NCBI RefSeq assembly: GCF_000315625.1
Contig: NW_005434663.1
Location: 997,055-1,061,054 of the forward strand
Length of the DNA: 64,000 bases
Source of the DNA: Guillardia theta CCMP2712
Taxonomy: Eukaryota; Protista; Cryptophyta
Direction: 5' to 3'
Below, one piece after another: positions 20,039-33,800 of this stretch (within the stretch, counting starts at the first letter, position 1; every line of letters begins with the position of its first letter). Below the pieces are notes generated by a model. The model was not told the origin of the DNA. It saw only the letters and a program-made list of their open reading frames with translations, and did not search any database. The translations under genes were made by a program, and so were the position numbers.

Positions 20039-21290
20039 TCAGGCTTTGGAAAAAGAGTTGGAATGTAACAATCTCATGTTGATGCAGATAGCGGAAGAAA
20101 AGAAATCTCCATCTACAACGTCAATAGACCTGATACAGAATCGGATGGAGACAGCTCCGACGAAGATCATGATGAACCAAACAATGATAATATCCCAAAT
20201 AATCCATCCACTTGCGGGAGCATTTTTCTCAGGCATTCGCCGATGCTTCGAGTCGGAATAGTGAGACAATGCCGTGCCGTGAGATTCGAATATTTACGGT
20301 ATTTTTGTCCTGATGAGAAACTTGAAGCTGATAGTCATGGACCTTCGCGCAATGCAGACAAGAAGAAATTTAATAATTCTGTTCGAGCGCACTTCACTTT
20401 AACGTGGCTACTCCTTCAAAGTTATCCTCGTGTAAATTAATGTCGGAGTAAACTTGCGTCCATTGTCACGGGCCGGGATGCCTCCAAATCTCTGTGTGAA
20501 ACATGCACATTCGTACCATTCTTTCGAGCTTGAAAGAGATGCATGTAGTGTCCTCTGATTTCGTTTCAATGCGACTGTCAGAGGGCCCAGGACATACAAC
20601 GAACTTGGGCCTAATCCAGGTTCTAACATGTAGGGTTCGTCTTTGAAAGGCACGGGAAATTCTCTGTCAATGAGATCCGGTTGCAGATGTTTGAAAAGAA
20701 GCAGGAATGATGTGATATCATCGAGACCCACATCAAATTCGACACGTTTCATTCGGGGTTTCAAAAAGGGCTGCCCACGTTTGCGAAACCAGCTAACCAT
20801 TGTGGTCCTAATCTTGTGCAGATCGATGTTGAGACGGAAGATATCAGTTTGCTTTCTAATGTGCAAAACATAGTAGCGCAACAAGTCCAATGACACATCC
20901 AGCTTGTTGAAATAAAGAAGTTGACATTTTTCCTTTGAACTTTTGGCGTTGGCATGGAAATATAAGTATCCAACACACGATATCACATTCATAATTATCA
21001 TTGATGCTACGATCATCACATGTCCGAGGCTGATGATCATGACGATTCTGCATATCAACCGCTGCCGCAGATTGCTACTTCTTCACCATGGTTGGTGAGA
21101 TTACTGATCCAAGATTGCAATTACATGGCAGCGAGCAAGAAAATCATAAGAAGGGTGTATATCTGGTCAAGCCCATGGCTTTCTTGCAAGAATGTGATAA
21201 AGTCGAGCGAGGATACAGATTCAGAGGATATAACGATGTTTGATGAGTGTCATACCCATACTTCATTGAATTTCAAACTTACCTTGATTG
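20039..21290 (-). CDS. Hypothetical membrane protein; 5' end unresolved
   Basis: ORF 20408-21058 and the terminal ORF 20039-20269 both carry hydrophobic segments (IVMIISLGHVMIVASMIIM; WIIWDIIIVWFIMIFVGAV). No domain recognised. Confidence 0.4.
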
Positions 21291-21804
21291 GAGAAACGTT
21301 TCCGAGTTTGAGCAAAACCATTGGCAGTCTGTGAGTATCTGCATTGATCTACAAGCATCGAGGCAAGAAGCTCAACTAATGCATTGAAGCGCTAGAAGCT
21401 AAAGACAATACACATTGAGCTCATGCTACCAAACGCAAAATGCATCAAGTGAACGACACAAAAGGATTCGGATTATGCAGTGCTCAATAGAATCAATGAT
21501 GACATGTCTGTGTACATAAGGCACCCATTTGTAGCATACACCTTCCAGTCTCCCATCGAGATCGTGACCTCATTGTCGTGGAGCCACGAGGAAGACCCAT
21601 CTGTCGTGCCGCTCGCTGTGACGTTCATCGATCAAAACCTTGACTTTTTTGTTTTGAAACGACGGGCCGATACCGGCAGCAGGGTTGGGTGTACAGACCT
21701 GACTACCCCCTATTCCACTCACAATATATCTATCAAAGGCCGTGGTGGGTCATATTGCAGGAAAGGGGTAGGGGTGGGGGTGGCCAAGTGCGGGAGGTGG
21801 CGCA

Positions 21805-24800
21805 ATGCGGGGAGAAGTGGCGCTTGTGCTGCTAGCGATGGTGGTGGGTGGGACGAAGGGGACGCAAATCGTGAGCAGGAGTGTGGGACAGAGCAATCCC
21901 TTCGTAGACAGTGACAACACCATCACTGTCACCCTCTCTGTGAATGGAGACGTTCCCCAGTACTCCAACCTCACCATTTCAAACCTTGTCAATATCAGCG
22001 CCCCTCGCAGTATGAACACGATTCCAGTCCGTACAGCAGACTCCAAGACCTTATCAAACGTGCTTTGGAGTCCCTGGTATGCTTCTCTGGTCTTGACGCT
22101 CGGCAAGAAGCTACCAGCAAACCAAAGTCTTGTGTTCTCATTTGATATCCGCAATCCCAGGAATGAGAATAGCAACCCGCAAAGTTTGCTGGTCTCTTTG
22201 GACTATTCTTTCATCTGCCTTTCGGGCTCTAGCTACTGTTTTCAGGGGCATCGTTGGTGTGCAGCCAACTTATCATTCGGAGGGAACGGTACTTACCAGA
22301 ACTGCAGCAGCAAGTATGATTGCTCGGGGACATGTCGGAATGGGACGGTGAATCCCTACGGTAGGTGTGATATTGGTGATTGTCAGTGCGACAGTCAGGG
22401 GAATCCTAGTTGTTCGTGTGTCAGGACTTGCAAGAATAAGACCGACTCGTGCATAACCAACATTGTAAATATTTCATGTGTGAACGACACTGTGCTGGCC
22501 TCAACCAGACAAGCTTGTACCGATAGTTGTACATTATCTCTTGGCAAATCATGTTTGGTCAAAGTAACAGAGAACTCAACTAATTGTACCGATATTGCAA
22601 ACTGTTCTAATTTCTCAGCAGCATATTGGCGATGTATCAACGAGACATCGTCCAATTGTATTCAGACTTGTGTAAATAATTATGTTGATAGTCTTAACTG
22701 TACAGATTCCATTGTAAATTCAACCTGCTTCAGCAATAAGGACACCAAAACTTGCTATCAATCCTGTGTAAATTCCAGCCGCTGCTTACCATATTGCGTC
22801 AACCAGACAATGGAGAATTGCACAAGCAACGATCCGAACAATCCGCTCAATCGAACTTGCGTGAACATTACTTTGCAAGCATGCTTTGATAACTGTACGG
22901 TCTTGGTCAACTCACAGTGTTTTGAAAATTGCACAGTGAATGTGAGTAGCAATGTGGTATGTCAAGATTATTGCCCTCCAAATGTTACCGGCAACTGCAC
23001 GTGCAAGTTACCTAACACTGGAAGTGTTTGTCAGTCTAGTCAGGATTGTACAGAGAATGGAGTCTGCGATCACTTACAGTGTAATGAACCGAACACGAAT
23101 ACTCTCTGCTCCAGCACGAGCTCTTGTACAGGGAATGGTGTTTGCACAGCAGCGAACACTTACACTCTATGTTCAGATACATCGGAATGTACAGGGCAAG
23201 GAGTTTGTCAACGCCAAACTAAGCTGTCTGCTGTTCTGAATGCTGCCGTGTACACAATATATGGTGTCAGTTCTGGTTCTGTACCTTTAAGAACATTTCA
23301 GCCCACAATTTCGAATGCAAAGATGTTTCAAAACTCGGCACTCCTAAACGCCATGAATCAACTCAACTTTTCATTTGACATCAATGCAGACCTTGTTTAT
23401 CCTTCAACAGTGACCATTTCTGGCCTTCGAAGCGTTGACATTGGTTATCAGCCATCTATACAAGGAATTTCTTCGACACAATTTTTCATCAATGGTGCCT
23501 CGGGTTATGGCGAAGAGAGAGATGGAGTGTTGAGTCTCCGAGTTGGGCGGCAGCGAACTCTGTCGAAGGGGACCGTCGAGTTTTCTGTCCTTGTGAAAAA
23601 TGTTCAGATCAATGCTCAGAATTCGGTGTATGTCAATGGTACAACCTTTGAAACGCAAATAGCCAGTCAGCTGTTTTCCAATGACGTGACTGCCGGTTGG
23701 AATCTGCCAGCCCTGACGTTTGTTCAGGCCTCATTCCAAGTGCAATATTTCACACAGAGCAATCCTTTCCCCTCGACTAGGAACACTCTCTCTCTCAATC
23801 TTACTATCAATGCAAACTTGTTGAAAGGAAGTCTCGTCCGGCTCAGTGGACTCAAGGGAATCAACTCCGTATTGAGCTTTGACGGCTCGCAATCTTTCAC
23901 GCTGACTTTTGATTCGCCAACAAACACTATCTCACTTGCTCTCAAGGTAAACTTGCTTGCAGGCCAGAATATCGCCCTCAAATTCGACGTGCTCAATCCT
24001 TCTTCTCCTCAACCATCCCCCCCCATGGACCTGATGGTACTATTCGCGCCCTACGAGAACGCCAACTACCTCGACGGAGTGAGCGTGGGGCCAACAACGA
24101 TCATGAAACCTGGCTCTTCTCTGTTTGGTGCGGCGAATGGTTTGAACCCGCTCGAAATCTTTCAGCCTGCCATTACGCACTCGCTTGTTTCCCAGTCAAA
24201 CTCCATGAGCAGCCCGTCAACGTCGAGCGGCCCGAACAACAACATCACCGTTGAAATCTCTTTCAACTTCCACCTCAGAAAGAGCTCTCTTCTCAATTTC
24301 TCAGGTTTTCAAGATTCTCTCACACCAGCCTCGAACTTGACAATCAGGTCGAACAGCTCGGCCTTGCATCCCCTCGCATCATGGCAGCCAGTCAACGGAG
24401 CCCTCCAAGTTCTTCTTTCAGACGACATCGCAGCAAACACCCTCATTCAGTTGGAGTTTTCTCTGCAGAATCCTCTCTACGCGCGGCCTGGAGCTGACAT
24501 AATGTTCGACTCGTCGTTGGTCACGACTTCGACTTCGACCACCTTCAGGCTCGGAGTCATCAAACTGAGGACGTCGGACGGATGGAAGGCTCCCATGTAC
24601 ATCGAGAACCAGTTTTCGTTCACGAGCGTGGGGCAGAGCAACCCTGCTCCCCTCGGTCAGAACATGTTGAATGTTTCATTCGCCGCCAACACTGCGATCA
24701 GTTCAGGGTCCGACTTTGTCCTTACCGGCCTGTATGGTGCTGAATTGCCTTCGGGTGAGATCAAGTTGTACGGTTCTCATGCCAGTCTCTTTCGAAGTTT

Positions 24801-27800
24801 TGCAACCAAACTTGCGGGATACGCTTCTTGGGACAATCGTAGCAAGACGATCCGATTCTCGTCGTCTGCAACTCTCAACAGATGTCCGATGGGCTGTCAC
24901 AGCCCTTACAACGTTGCAGTCTGGCTCAACAACTCTCGCTTCTCCCAGCAAGCCCCTGACATCTTCATTCAGTGTACGGGCTTGACCAGCGTTATGATGA
25001 CAAGGATGGACCCCCTGCCGGGGCCTCAGGCGCCTCTCTCCATCGCGCCGACGTTCATCCGCTACTCAATGGGTCAGAGCACAAACTTCCCCAGCAAGCT
25101 CAACGACCTGACCATCACCATCGCATCCAACGCCATCCTGTCAAGCAACATGTCGTCTTTTATCTCTCTCAAGGGTTTCTCAGGTGTCAGGACCGTGGAC
25201 GGGAGCTCTTTCATACCTCTCACTGGCTGCACATGTCAGATTCCTTTCGCTTCCTACTTGAATCAGAGCGAACCCTGTCTCTGCTCCCCGTCCTCCTCAA
25301 CAGCCCAGCAGCTCTTCACAGCTGATGCCTGTGATGATCGTCCAGGTCAAGCTAAGTGGGTCAACGGGCAGGCTGTGGAGTTCTTCCTGCGTTCAGAGGT
25401 TCATCCACTCCAGGCTATTGTGGTTCGATTTACATTGAAGAATCCCGACTACCAGCAGTCGCAGCAGCAGATGATGCTGTCAAGTGTCAGCCCCAACATC
25501 CCTAACACGATGATCCTTCCTGACGTGGTTCGTATCCTCCCGCTCCTCGGGGCTCAGCCTGGTGATGCTGCTCCTCTTTACGTGGTCGCGAACTCCTTTC
25601 TGGTAACCTTTTCCTCCTCGCTCCTCCACTACTCTATTTCTTCGTACCTGCCTTTCAATTCTCTCTTCTCATTTGTCTTTTCCCTCTTCTCCCTCCTCTA
25701 CTTTCCGTTTCTTTCTTCCTCCTCGAGGCCATGTCTTATCTCCTTCCTCCAGCTGCAGAATATACGTCAGAGCGTTCCTTTCCCTGGCGCGAGCAACACT
25801 ATCACTATCGAAGTGGCTGCCAACGTTGACTTGACCATGGCCGATCAGACTGTCCTGACTGTCTCAGGGCTGACAGGAGCTCTTCTGTCTAATGACGTCA
25901 TCATTACCTCCAACACGGCGCCAATTGCTCTCCTGGACGCGTCCGGCAATGGGCAGGATCAGCTCAAGTTTGCTTTCAACGTAGGAGGGCAGCAGAAGAC
26001 CGGCTATGGCGAGTGGTTCCAGTGCTCAGGAAACCAGAGCTGCAGCCGACTGCAGAGCTGCAAGGCTAGCGAGCTCTACCTCCGTCCTGCTGTCGACATA
26101 CCGGCAGGGCAGGTCACCAAGATCTCGTTCCAGGTCAGGAACTCGCTGGCCGAGCAGTCCGCTGCTGCTCCCTCCATCAGCGTCGGGACTTCTACGAGCA
26201 CCAGCTACATCAGGAAGACGCTGATGTCTCCCTCCGCCTCGCAAGTGTCCGGCAACTTGTTGGGGGTGCAGACTGTCGACTTGGCTCCCCTCGTGATCCT
26301 CAAGAAGAAGTTCGTTTACAGGACCATCTCGCAGAGCTCGAACAGACCTGGTGCCTTGAACACTATCACAGTCTCGCTCGTTCCTACCGTCCTGCTCACC
26401 GCCAAATCTCCAGGTCCGCCCATATTTTCTATCCTGTCTCCCTCTCCCCGCCTTGAATCCTCGCGTGCGTTCCCTCAAGCATCTCCCGAGTCCTGCACAC
26501 ATTTCGTTGTGTTCGCTGCGCTTCTCGTTTCTTCGCTTGACATTCCTGGTAGCCACCTTCATCTCAGTCTCCAACCTCAGAGGGGCCAAGGGCGCACAAG
26601 GCAAGCTGATCATTCAGTCTGCCCTCAGGCTGCGGGTTGACTCTGGCAGCAACCCCTTGGAGCAAGAGGTCGGCTACGGATACTGGAACGACGAGGACAA
26701 GAGCCTGACTCTGAGGGTGGTTGACAGTCAGGGGGTTGCAGAGGGTCAGCTCTTTGTCTTCTCCTTCACCATCAAGAACCCCTGGCCCCTCTTCGATCAG
26801 AACATGATCTGCGGGCAATCCGCGAGCTACTGTATCGGGCTGGAGCTGAGGATGGGAACTTACGTCTACTCTGACGCTTTCGGTGTGGTGGGCGGGTTGA
26901 ATGAGGCGATGAATGTCAAGGTGAGAATTCCGAGTCTCTGCCCTGTTGGGTTGACAACAATGTTGCAGGCATCAAGGTTCGGAGCCCTGAACGTGGCTGG
27001 GGTGCAGACGACGATCTGTCAGAGCTCGGACAGGGCGTTTGAGATGAACACCATCTCGATCAACCTCATCTCCAACTTCGTCCACCCCAAGGGCTCTCAG
27101 ATTGTCATCTCTCAGCTGTCAGGATCTTCGACTGCAGACATCGGCAGCTACCTCCTCTCCTCCATCCTCGACCCCACCCAGCAGATCATACTTCTCATGA
27201 ATCCTCTTTCCTCCTTGTACTTCTCCAGCGAGGAGGACCTCTTCCTCATGATCGGGGGAGACGAAGTCGTCAAGGTCCTTCAAGTGCGTCAGGACGGATC
27301 TCTCAACGTCTCTCGCGCCGTCGCTGGGACCGCTCGCCCTTACCCTGCCATGACGGCCGTGCAGCGAGTGGTGGAGATCAGCTCGGTCCCTGCTGACAGT
27401 TCCATCAGTCGGTTTGCCGGATGGAACCGAACGCTGGGAGAGCTGACAGTGAACATCTCTTCTGATCTATCGAGCGACCAGTACCATGCTTTCATCTTCC
27501 ACCTCAGAAACCCAAGCCTCTCCTTCCAGTCGCCGCAGATCTCAATCTCGAGTTTCTTCAACGGTCAGATGATAGCCTACCCTGTCGCCATGCCCTCCAA
27601 TACAAACTGCACGAGGCCAATCTTCGTGCAGACTCCTCAGTTCCTTGTGAGAGAGGTTCATTCCAACACAAACTTCCCGGGCGTCAAGAACGTCATTACA
27701 GTCACCTTTCAGACCAACACGGCCTTGCGGGAGAGTTCTCAGCTTGTCATCTACGGCCTCCCCTCTGACCTTCTCTCGACTTCAGTTGTTTCTCTCAATG

Positions 27801-30800
27801 CAGAGAGCGGCAACTTTGCCAGCACTTTCAACCCGACAGCTTCATGGACCAGCGGCAATCTGACAATTTCCGTCAGGTCCAGCGCAGTCTCACAAGCCTA
27901 CTCCAGCTACTCTTTCAACTTCTCCGTGACCAACTCGCCGATGCAGAGGAGCAGCCCCAAGGTCTACATCCTGGCCAGTGGACTTGTCAACATACAGGGC
28001 AGCCTCATGGTGTCCGGCACTGGGAGTGACCTCTCCATCTCCCTCCCTTATGCCTACATGGAGCAGTCCAGCTACTTCCCAGGACAGAAGAACAACATCC
28101 TAGTCAATCTCCGACTCGGGGTCGACCTGAGAACCGGGGACGTGCTGACTATCTCAGGACTGAGCGGGATGACGGCGCTTGACAACCCCCCAACCTCCCT
28201 AAGTTTTGACGCATCAAAGTTAATGTTGAAGTATACGTCTGGGGCCGCAGTTTCAGCTGGGAATGTCATCACCTTTACCTTCACGGTCGTCAATCCGTTC
28301 AAGGCAAACTCCATCGCCCCTCCTCACATCTACGGCAATCGATCCGGCGTCATCCTCGTCCCAGACCTGACGTTCATAGTGCCTTCGGACGTGTACAAGA
28401 CTCCACTCTATGTGCAAGTCCCCAGCTTCACCTCCGTGCGATTCTTTCAGGTCTGATACTGTTGGTCAGTCTTGACCTGATCCTGAGCCCTTGTGTTGCA
28501 GAGCTCGGATCTTCCAGGAACTACGAACACCATCACGGTGTTTCCCCTCCTTGCCATCCCCTCCACTTGTCTGACGATGTTTCAGGTATCCCTGGTGGCG
28601 AATGTTCCCACTTACAACCTGAAAATCACTGGGTTAACGGGATCTACAAGGTTTGCTTCTGACACGGTGGATCTTAAGATCACCCCCAACGCGGCTGTCA
28701 GCGACGCGTTCGATAGCAGAGCCTCATGGAAGCCCCTAGTCGGAGAGCTGAACCTCAGGCCAAAGAGCATCGGGACTGTTAACCCAAACGTCCCTGCCAA
28801 CAGCAGTTTCGTCTTCTCGTTCTTGCTGGACAACCGCTTTCAGGGTCAACCCGCCCCCGTAACTCGAATCTTCATCCAGTACTGCTCGGATGCGTCGAGC
28901 TCGTGCTACATCAACGTAACTTTCACCAGTTCGACTTCTTCCTCTCCTCTCTTCATCCAGAGCCAGAAGTTCACTATCCTCAACATCTCCCAGACAAGCA
29001 GTCTCCCTGGGCAGGCGAACACCATCAAGTTTGCGCTTGCTTTCAACGTTCCTCTGCTGAACGGAAGAATTCCAAAGCTGAGGATTACAAACTTGTACCC
29101 TCTTATACCGGCTCTGGGACAGAATTTCCTAGAGAACGGAGCTTACGTCATGAAGCTTGAACTTCCATCGAGCTCCAATGAATTCTCGCCCAACAGCCTC
29201 TTGACTTTCTCCATCACTGGGACGAATGTGCTTGACTGCTGCAGTCAAGGCCAGACCCTGTGTGGCCCATTCGCGCCGGTCATATCTGTCATCGACGACC
29301 AGGGAACCTGCAGCATCAACGGCATCATCCGAGCTTGTTCTGCTGAATGTCTCTCCCCTTGTGATAAGGTAGAAATCCTAGGGACTCCTGCCACCCTGCA
29401 AAGCCCGATGCAAGTCGACTGTCCGCGATTCATATCCGCAAACATATCTCAGGTATAATCTTTCACTCTACATCTCCTCTCTGTGACGGGCTGCTCGCTC
29501 AGAGTTCAACTTTTCCCGACTTCAACAACGTCATCCGAGTACAGTTCTCCACGAATGTTAACTTGGACAAACAAGTCTTCCAAATCCTCGGCCTCAAGGG
29601 TGAGGAAACCTTGCGGTCTATCCATCCTGATTCTGATCCTTCTTTCAAGGTTACAATCCTTCAGCTGGATTCACCCTCTTTCAGTCTGCTGTCCTACAAT
29701 TACAACCATCATCAGAATTCTCAGCTCAAATCATACAGTATAAAACTGTGGACAGCTTCACGACTTACGAGTTCGAGTTCGTTGTCCTCAACCAGCTGAG
29801 CCCGCAGCTCTCCCCTACCACGAGGATCTTCAGCAACGGAACGGCTGTCCTGTTCCCGTTCACCATGACTGGTTCGTCGATGACCATCGATCCCTTCAAG
29901 TTCATTCTAGCGAGAGGGTCACAATCCTCCTCCTCCCCAGGCGCTGAGAACACCATCATCATCACATTTGCTGCCAACATAAAAATCACCAAGGATATGA
30001 ACCTGACCCTTTCTGGCCTCGGAGGAGCTGTTTACCTCGACTCCGACCCTTCAGGGCTGCAGCAAGACGCGGTCTATGGCTGGCAAGGAGAGTTCCACAA
30101 CAACGACAAAACGGTTGTCTTCTACTCGGACAAGACGTTTCCTCCAGGAACCAACCTGATCGTTTCCATCAAGATCAGGAACGAGATATTTCCTCAACCC
30201 CCTCCGGACATTTTTATTGAGGCATACAAGCAGGACGTGCAGGCGTTGGAGCGCAGGGCCGTCGATTCTCTTCCACGGCAGATCCTTTTCATTGACCCTC
30301 CGCAGTTCATCACGAGGTACATCGAGCAATCGTCTTCGAATCCCCTCACGATGAATCAACTCTACTTCACTCTGATACCAAACATGTACATTCCCAAATA
30401 CTCAGAAGTCGCAGTCTCGAATTTGAGGGGGGCCCTGTTGAACTCAAATTCTACTATGACTTCAATCCTATCCACCAACTCCAGCTATTTCCTCAGCGAT
30501 TCAGCAAGCTGGCTCAACGACAACAATGGAACCGTTACCGTTCAAACCGTCAACTCCATTCCAGCACGAAGTCCGATCGACTTCTCCCTGGCTTTCTGGA
30601 ATCCATCAGCAAGGCAGGATCCTCCGCCAGTATCAGTCATTCTGACTGCCCCCAGCCTTGGGCCCTTTCTGCTGACGTCAGCACAAGGGATTCCCGATAG
30701 TGTTCCCTTCGAAGTGTCTGCCCGAAAGTTTTTGCGGAAGGATATCAAGCAGTCCAACACTTTTCCAGGATATCAGAACCAGATCTCCTTGTCATTCAGT

Positions 30801-33800
30801 GTCAACTTCAACACGACAAAGAATTCGTTCAGCCTTGTGATCTCGAATACGAGTGGGTATTTACAATCAATCAACAGCATTCAAACCATGATGAGCTCAC
30901 AGTTTTCCATGTTCACTGATTTCTCTGTCATGACAATCAACGGGAAGTCAAGAATCTTTGATGGAGTTGCCAAAAAGAATGACGATCAGTTCATCTTCGC
31001 TTCGGGTCAAGAACCTATATCAGCCGGCACAGTTTATGAGTTGCTAATTACGATCGTCAACTCTCAAACTGCGAGGGAATCGCCAGCTTCCATCTATTTC
31101 TCCATCTTCGACACCAACGTCCAGCTCACAGAGATTGCAGACAAGTTAGACGTGGCACAGAACCTTCCTGGTTGGATGCCAAAGGACTCCTTCCCTTTCA
31201 AGGTCTATCCCCCGTCCTTCCCCTACAAGATCATCGCTCAGTCTTCCCCGTACCCCGCCGCTTCCAACACCATCTCCGTCTCTCTCGCCTCTAACGTTCG
31301 GCTCATCGCCGGTACTCAGCTCGTCATCGCGGGCTTGACCGGCACCCAGACGAGCTCGTCGACGCTGGCGCTGACCCTCAAGAGCGACACGGTGCTGTTG
31401 AGCACGGGGGCGTGGGATGGAGGGAACGGGACGCTGACGCTGACGGTGGCGAGCGGGAAGGAGCTGGGCGCAGGGGCGGTCGAGACGGTACGCTTCACGA
31501 TCAAGAACCCGTCGACGGCGAGGGCAGCAGCGGACGCGACGATTGCAGCGGTGGGGCAGACGGGGATCGGGGCGGAGACGATGGAGGTGAACGCGTCGTA
31601 CGTACCGGGAGTAGCAGGGGCAGGGGGAGGGGACGGGAGGCCGTTGGCGGTACAGGGGGCATCGCTGGTGGTGAGGAGGATAGAGCAGAGCTCGAGCTAC
31701 CCCGGAGATATGAACTCTATCAGCGGCTATTTCATGCTAAATTTTGACGCGAGTTCTCTTGAACTGGCCATCGTTTCGCAGGGAACGGAATCGTACTTGG
31801 TGATCGAAGGATTGCGAGGAACAGATACTGGAGACTCTGGCTCCCTTCCAGTCTCCCTTTCTTGGAAGAACTTGTCTACCATCGTCAATGGCACTTGGAA
31901 TCAAAGCAAGGGAGAATTAAAGTTCCCGTTGCAGGACAGTATCTGGTACCTTGATCTTCAGTACAATTTTAGCTTCCAGATCAAGAATTCAATGACACCT
32001 GTTGTGACCAGCGCTGTTTATGTATCTTTCATGAGAGGTCAAGTAGCAATAGTGAACAAGGAGTCCTTTGGTAGCATAGCAGGTCAAGCATATCCCATCT
32101 TCATCGAGCCTCCCGGGTTCGTCAAGAAAGGTAACGTTGATTTTTGCGAGCTGCCTTTGCCTGACTCATCTGCCAGCTGTTGGGCAAACGAATCCATATC
32201 CCGGAGTCCTCAACGACATAGTCATCACTCTGCAGCCAAACACTGAGATCCCGGCGGATTCAATGTTGATTGTCCGAGGGTTTCAAGGGCTCAATCTCAG
32301 CGCTTCCATGACATACTCCAGCCTTGTCAACTTGTTTGCTGTCAACTCCTCCTGGCCGTCAGAAGACGCTTTCAAGTTGACCACCACAAGTTCATGGCAA
32401 GTCGGGCTGGTTCAAGTCCTGTACCTGCATATCGTGAACGTAAATCGCTACCGGGCTTCTAGAACTCTGACAGTTGAAATCTATCTCAACGCCTCCGGGT
32501 CCCAAACAATCTTTTTCAACCCTCAGACTCTTATCAACGACAACACAAGCATACCTCCGGTGTTGGGAGCTTTACCGGGGGACGCGAGTCCGTTCAAGGT
32601 CCAAGCTCCCTCCTTCATTCAACCCAGAATCTCTCAGAGTTGCGCTTACCCGTCGTGTTTGAACACCTTCATGGTGTATTTTGCTCTGAACTTGCAACTC
32701 AACAGTGCAGACAAGGACGCGATCTTGATCAAAGGTCTCGTTGGACTGACATCTGACATGTTTGTGGACTTGCGACAAGTGTCTGATGGTAATGGCGGGC
32801 ATCTTCTCTTCTCCAGGGATGGACCAACAGTGTCTAGTGCACTGTGGAATCAGTCCACGTCAAGCTTGATGCTCTACGTTGCTGATGGGAAGACTGTGAT
32901 GGAGAATGTTACCTACGGCTTTCAATTTACAGGTACCAATCCCTCGGTCAGCCAACCTGCTCCTGCTATCTTTCTTGCACACGCGGGGAACAAGAAGGTT
33001 GTGAATGATCTCGAGTTCTCTTCGAGTACGGTCGGGCTGTCGTCACTCTCAGGGTTGGCAGTGGGAACTTCAACAGCGCTTCGAGTCCTTCCGCGACACT
33101 TCGAGTACAGGAAAACCAGTCAGACCACGTCATATCCAGAAGCTGTCAATGTCATCACTATCAGTCTTGTTCCCACTGTCCTGATCCCATCCGGTACCGC
33201 CTTGTCCTTCTCAGGCTTTCAGGGAGCATCCTCCCTCACCGGTGGTAACGTCAGGGTCTTCAATACCCTGCTTTCCTTCCCTCCGGTCAACGACACTGCC
33301 CAGTGGTCGGACAGCGAGAAGTCGATGGTCACCTACGTTGCGACGGACTTCCTTCCAGGGTCTCTGCTCCGTCTCAGTTTCTCAGTCAAGAATCCTCCTT
33401 ATGCACAAGACCCTCCTCGTATTCGAGTCTTTGCCAGCCTGTCCATCGCCAACGTCACGTTCTCGGCCAACCATGGATGTCTTGAGGACGCGTTTCTCAG
33501 CTCGTTCGGAGGGGGAGGGAGAGGTTTCATTGGCCGATACGTGCTTGCTTCCAACGTCGTGGTGGTTGTCAACCGAGGGTTGGGATACACTTCCACCCCT
33601 CTGCTCGTGGTATCCAGCGGGGGTCGCGGCTGCTCTCAAGGCGCATTCGAAGCGCACCTTGAAGGGATCTTGCTTCCCCCTCAGATCATTGACTGGGACC
33701 CAACGGGCTCAGCTTCGAGGACTTTGTACGTCGAGCCTCGGAGGCTGCTGACGGCAGAGGCACTACAGTCAACCTCCTCTCCAAATGCTCGCAACAGGAT

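Noticed and set aside
18600-21400. Endogenous virus or Polinton-like insertion
   Set aside because: No capsid, packaging ATPase, pPolB, integrase or recombinase motifs recognisable; kept only as an orphan block
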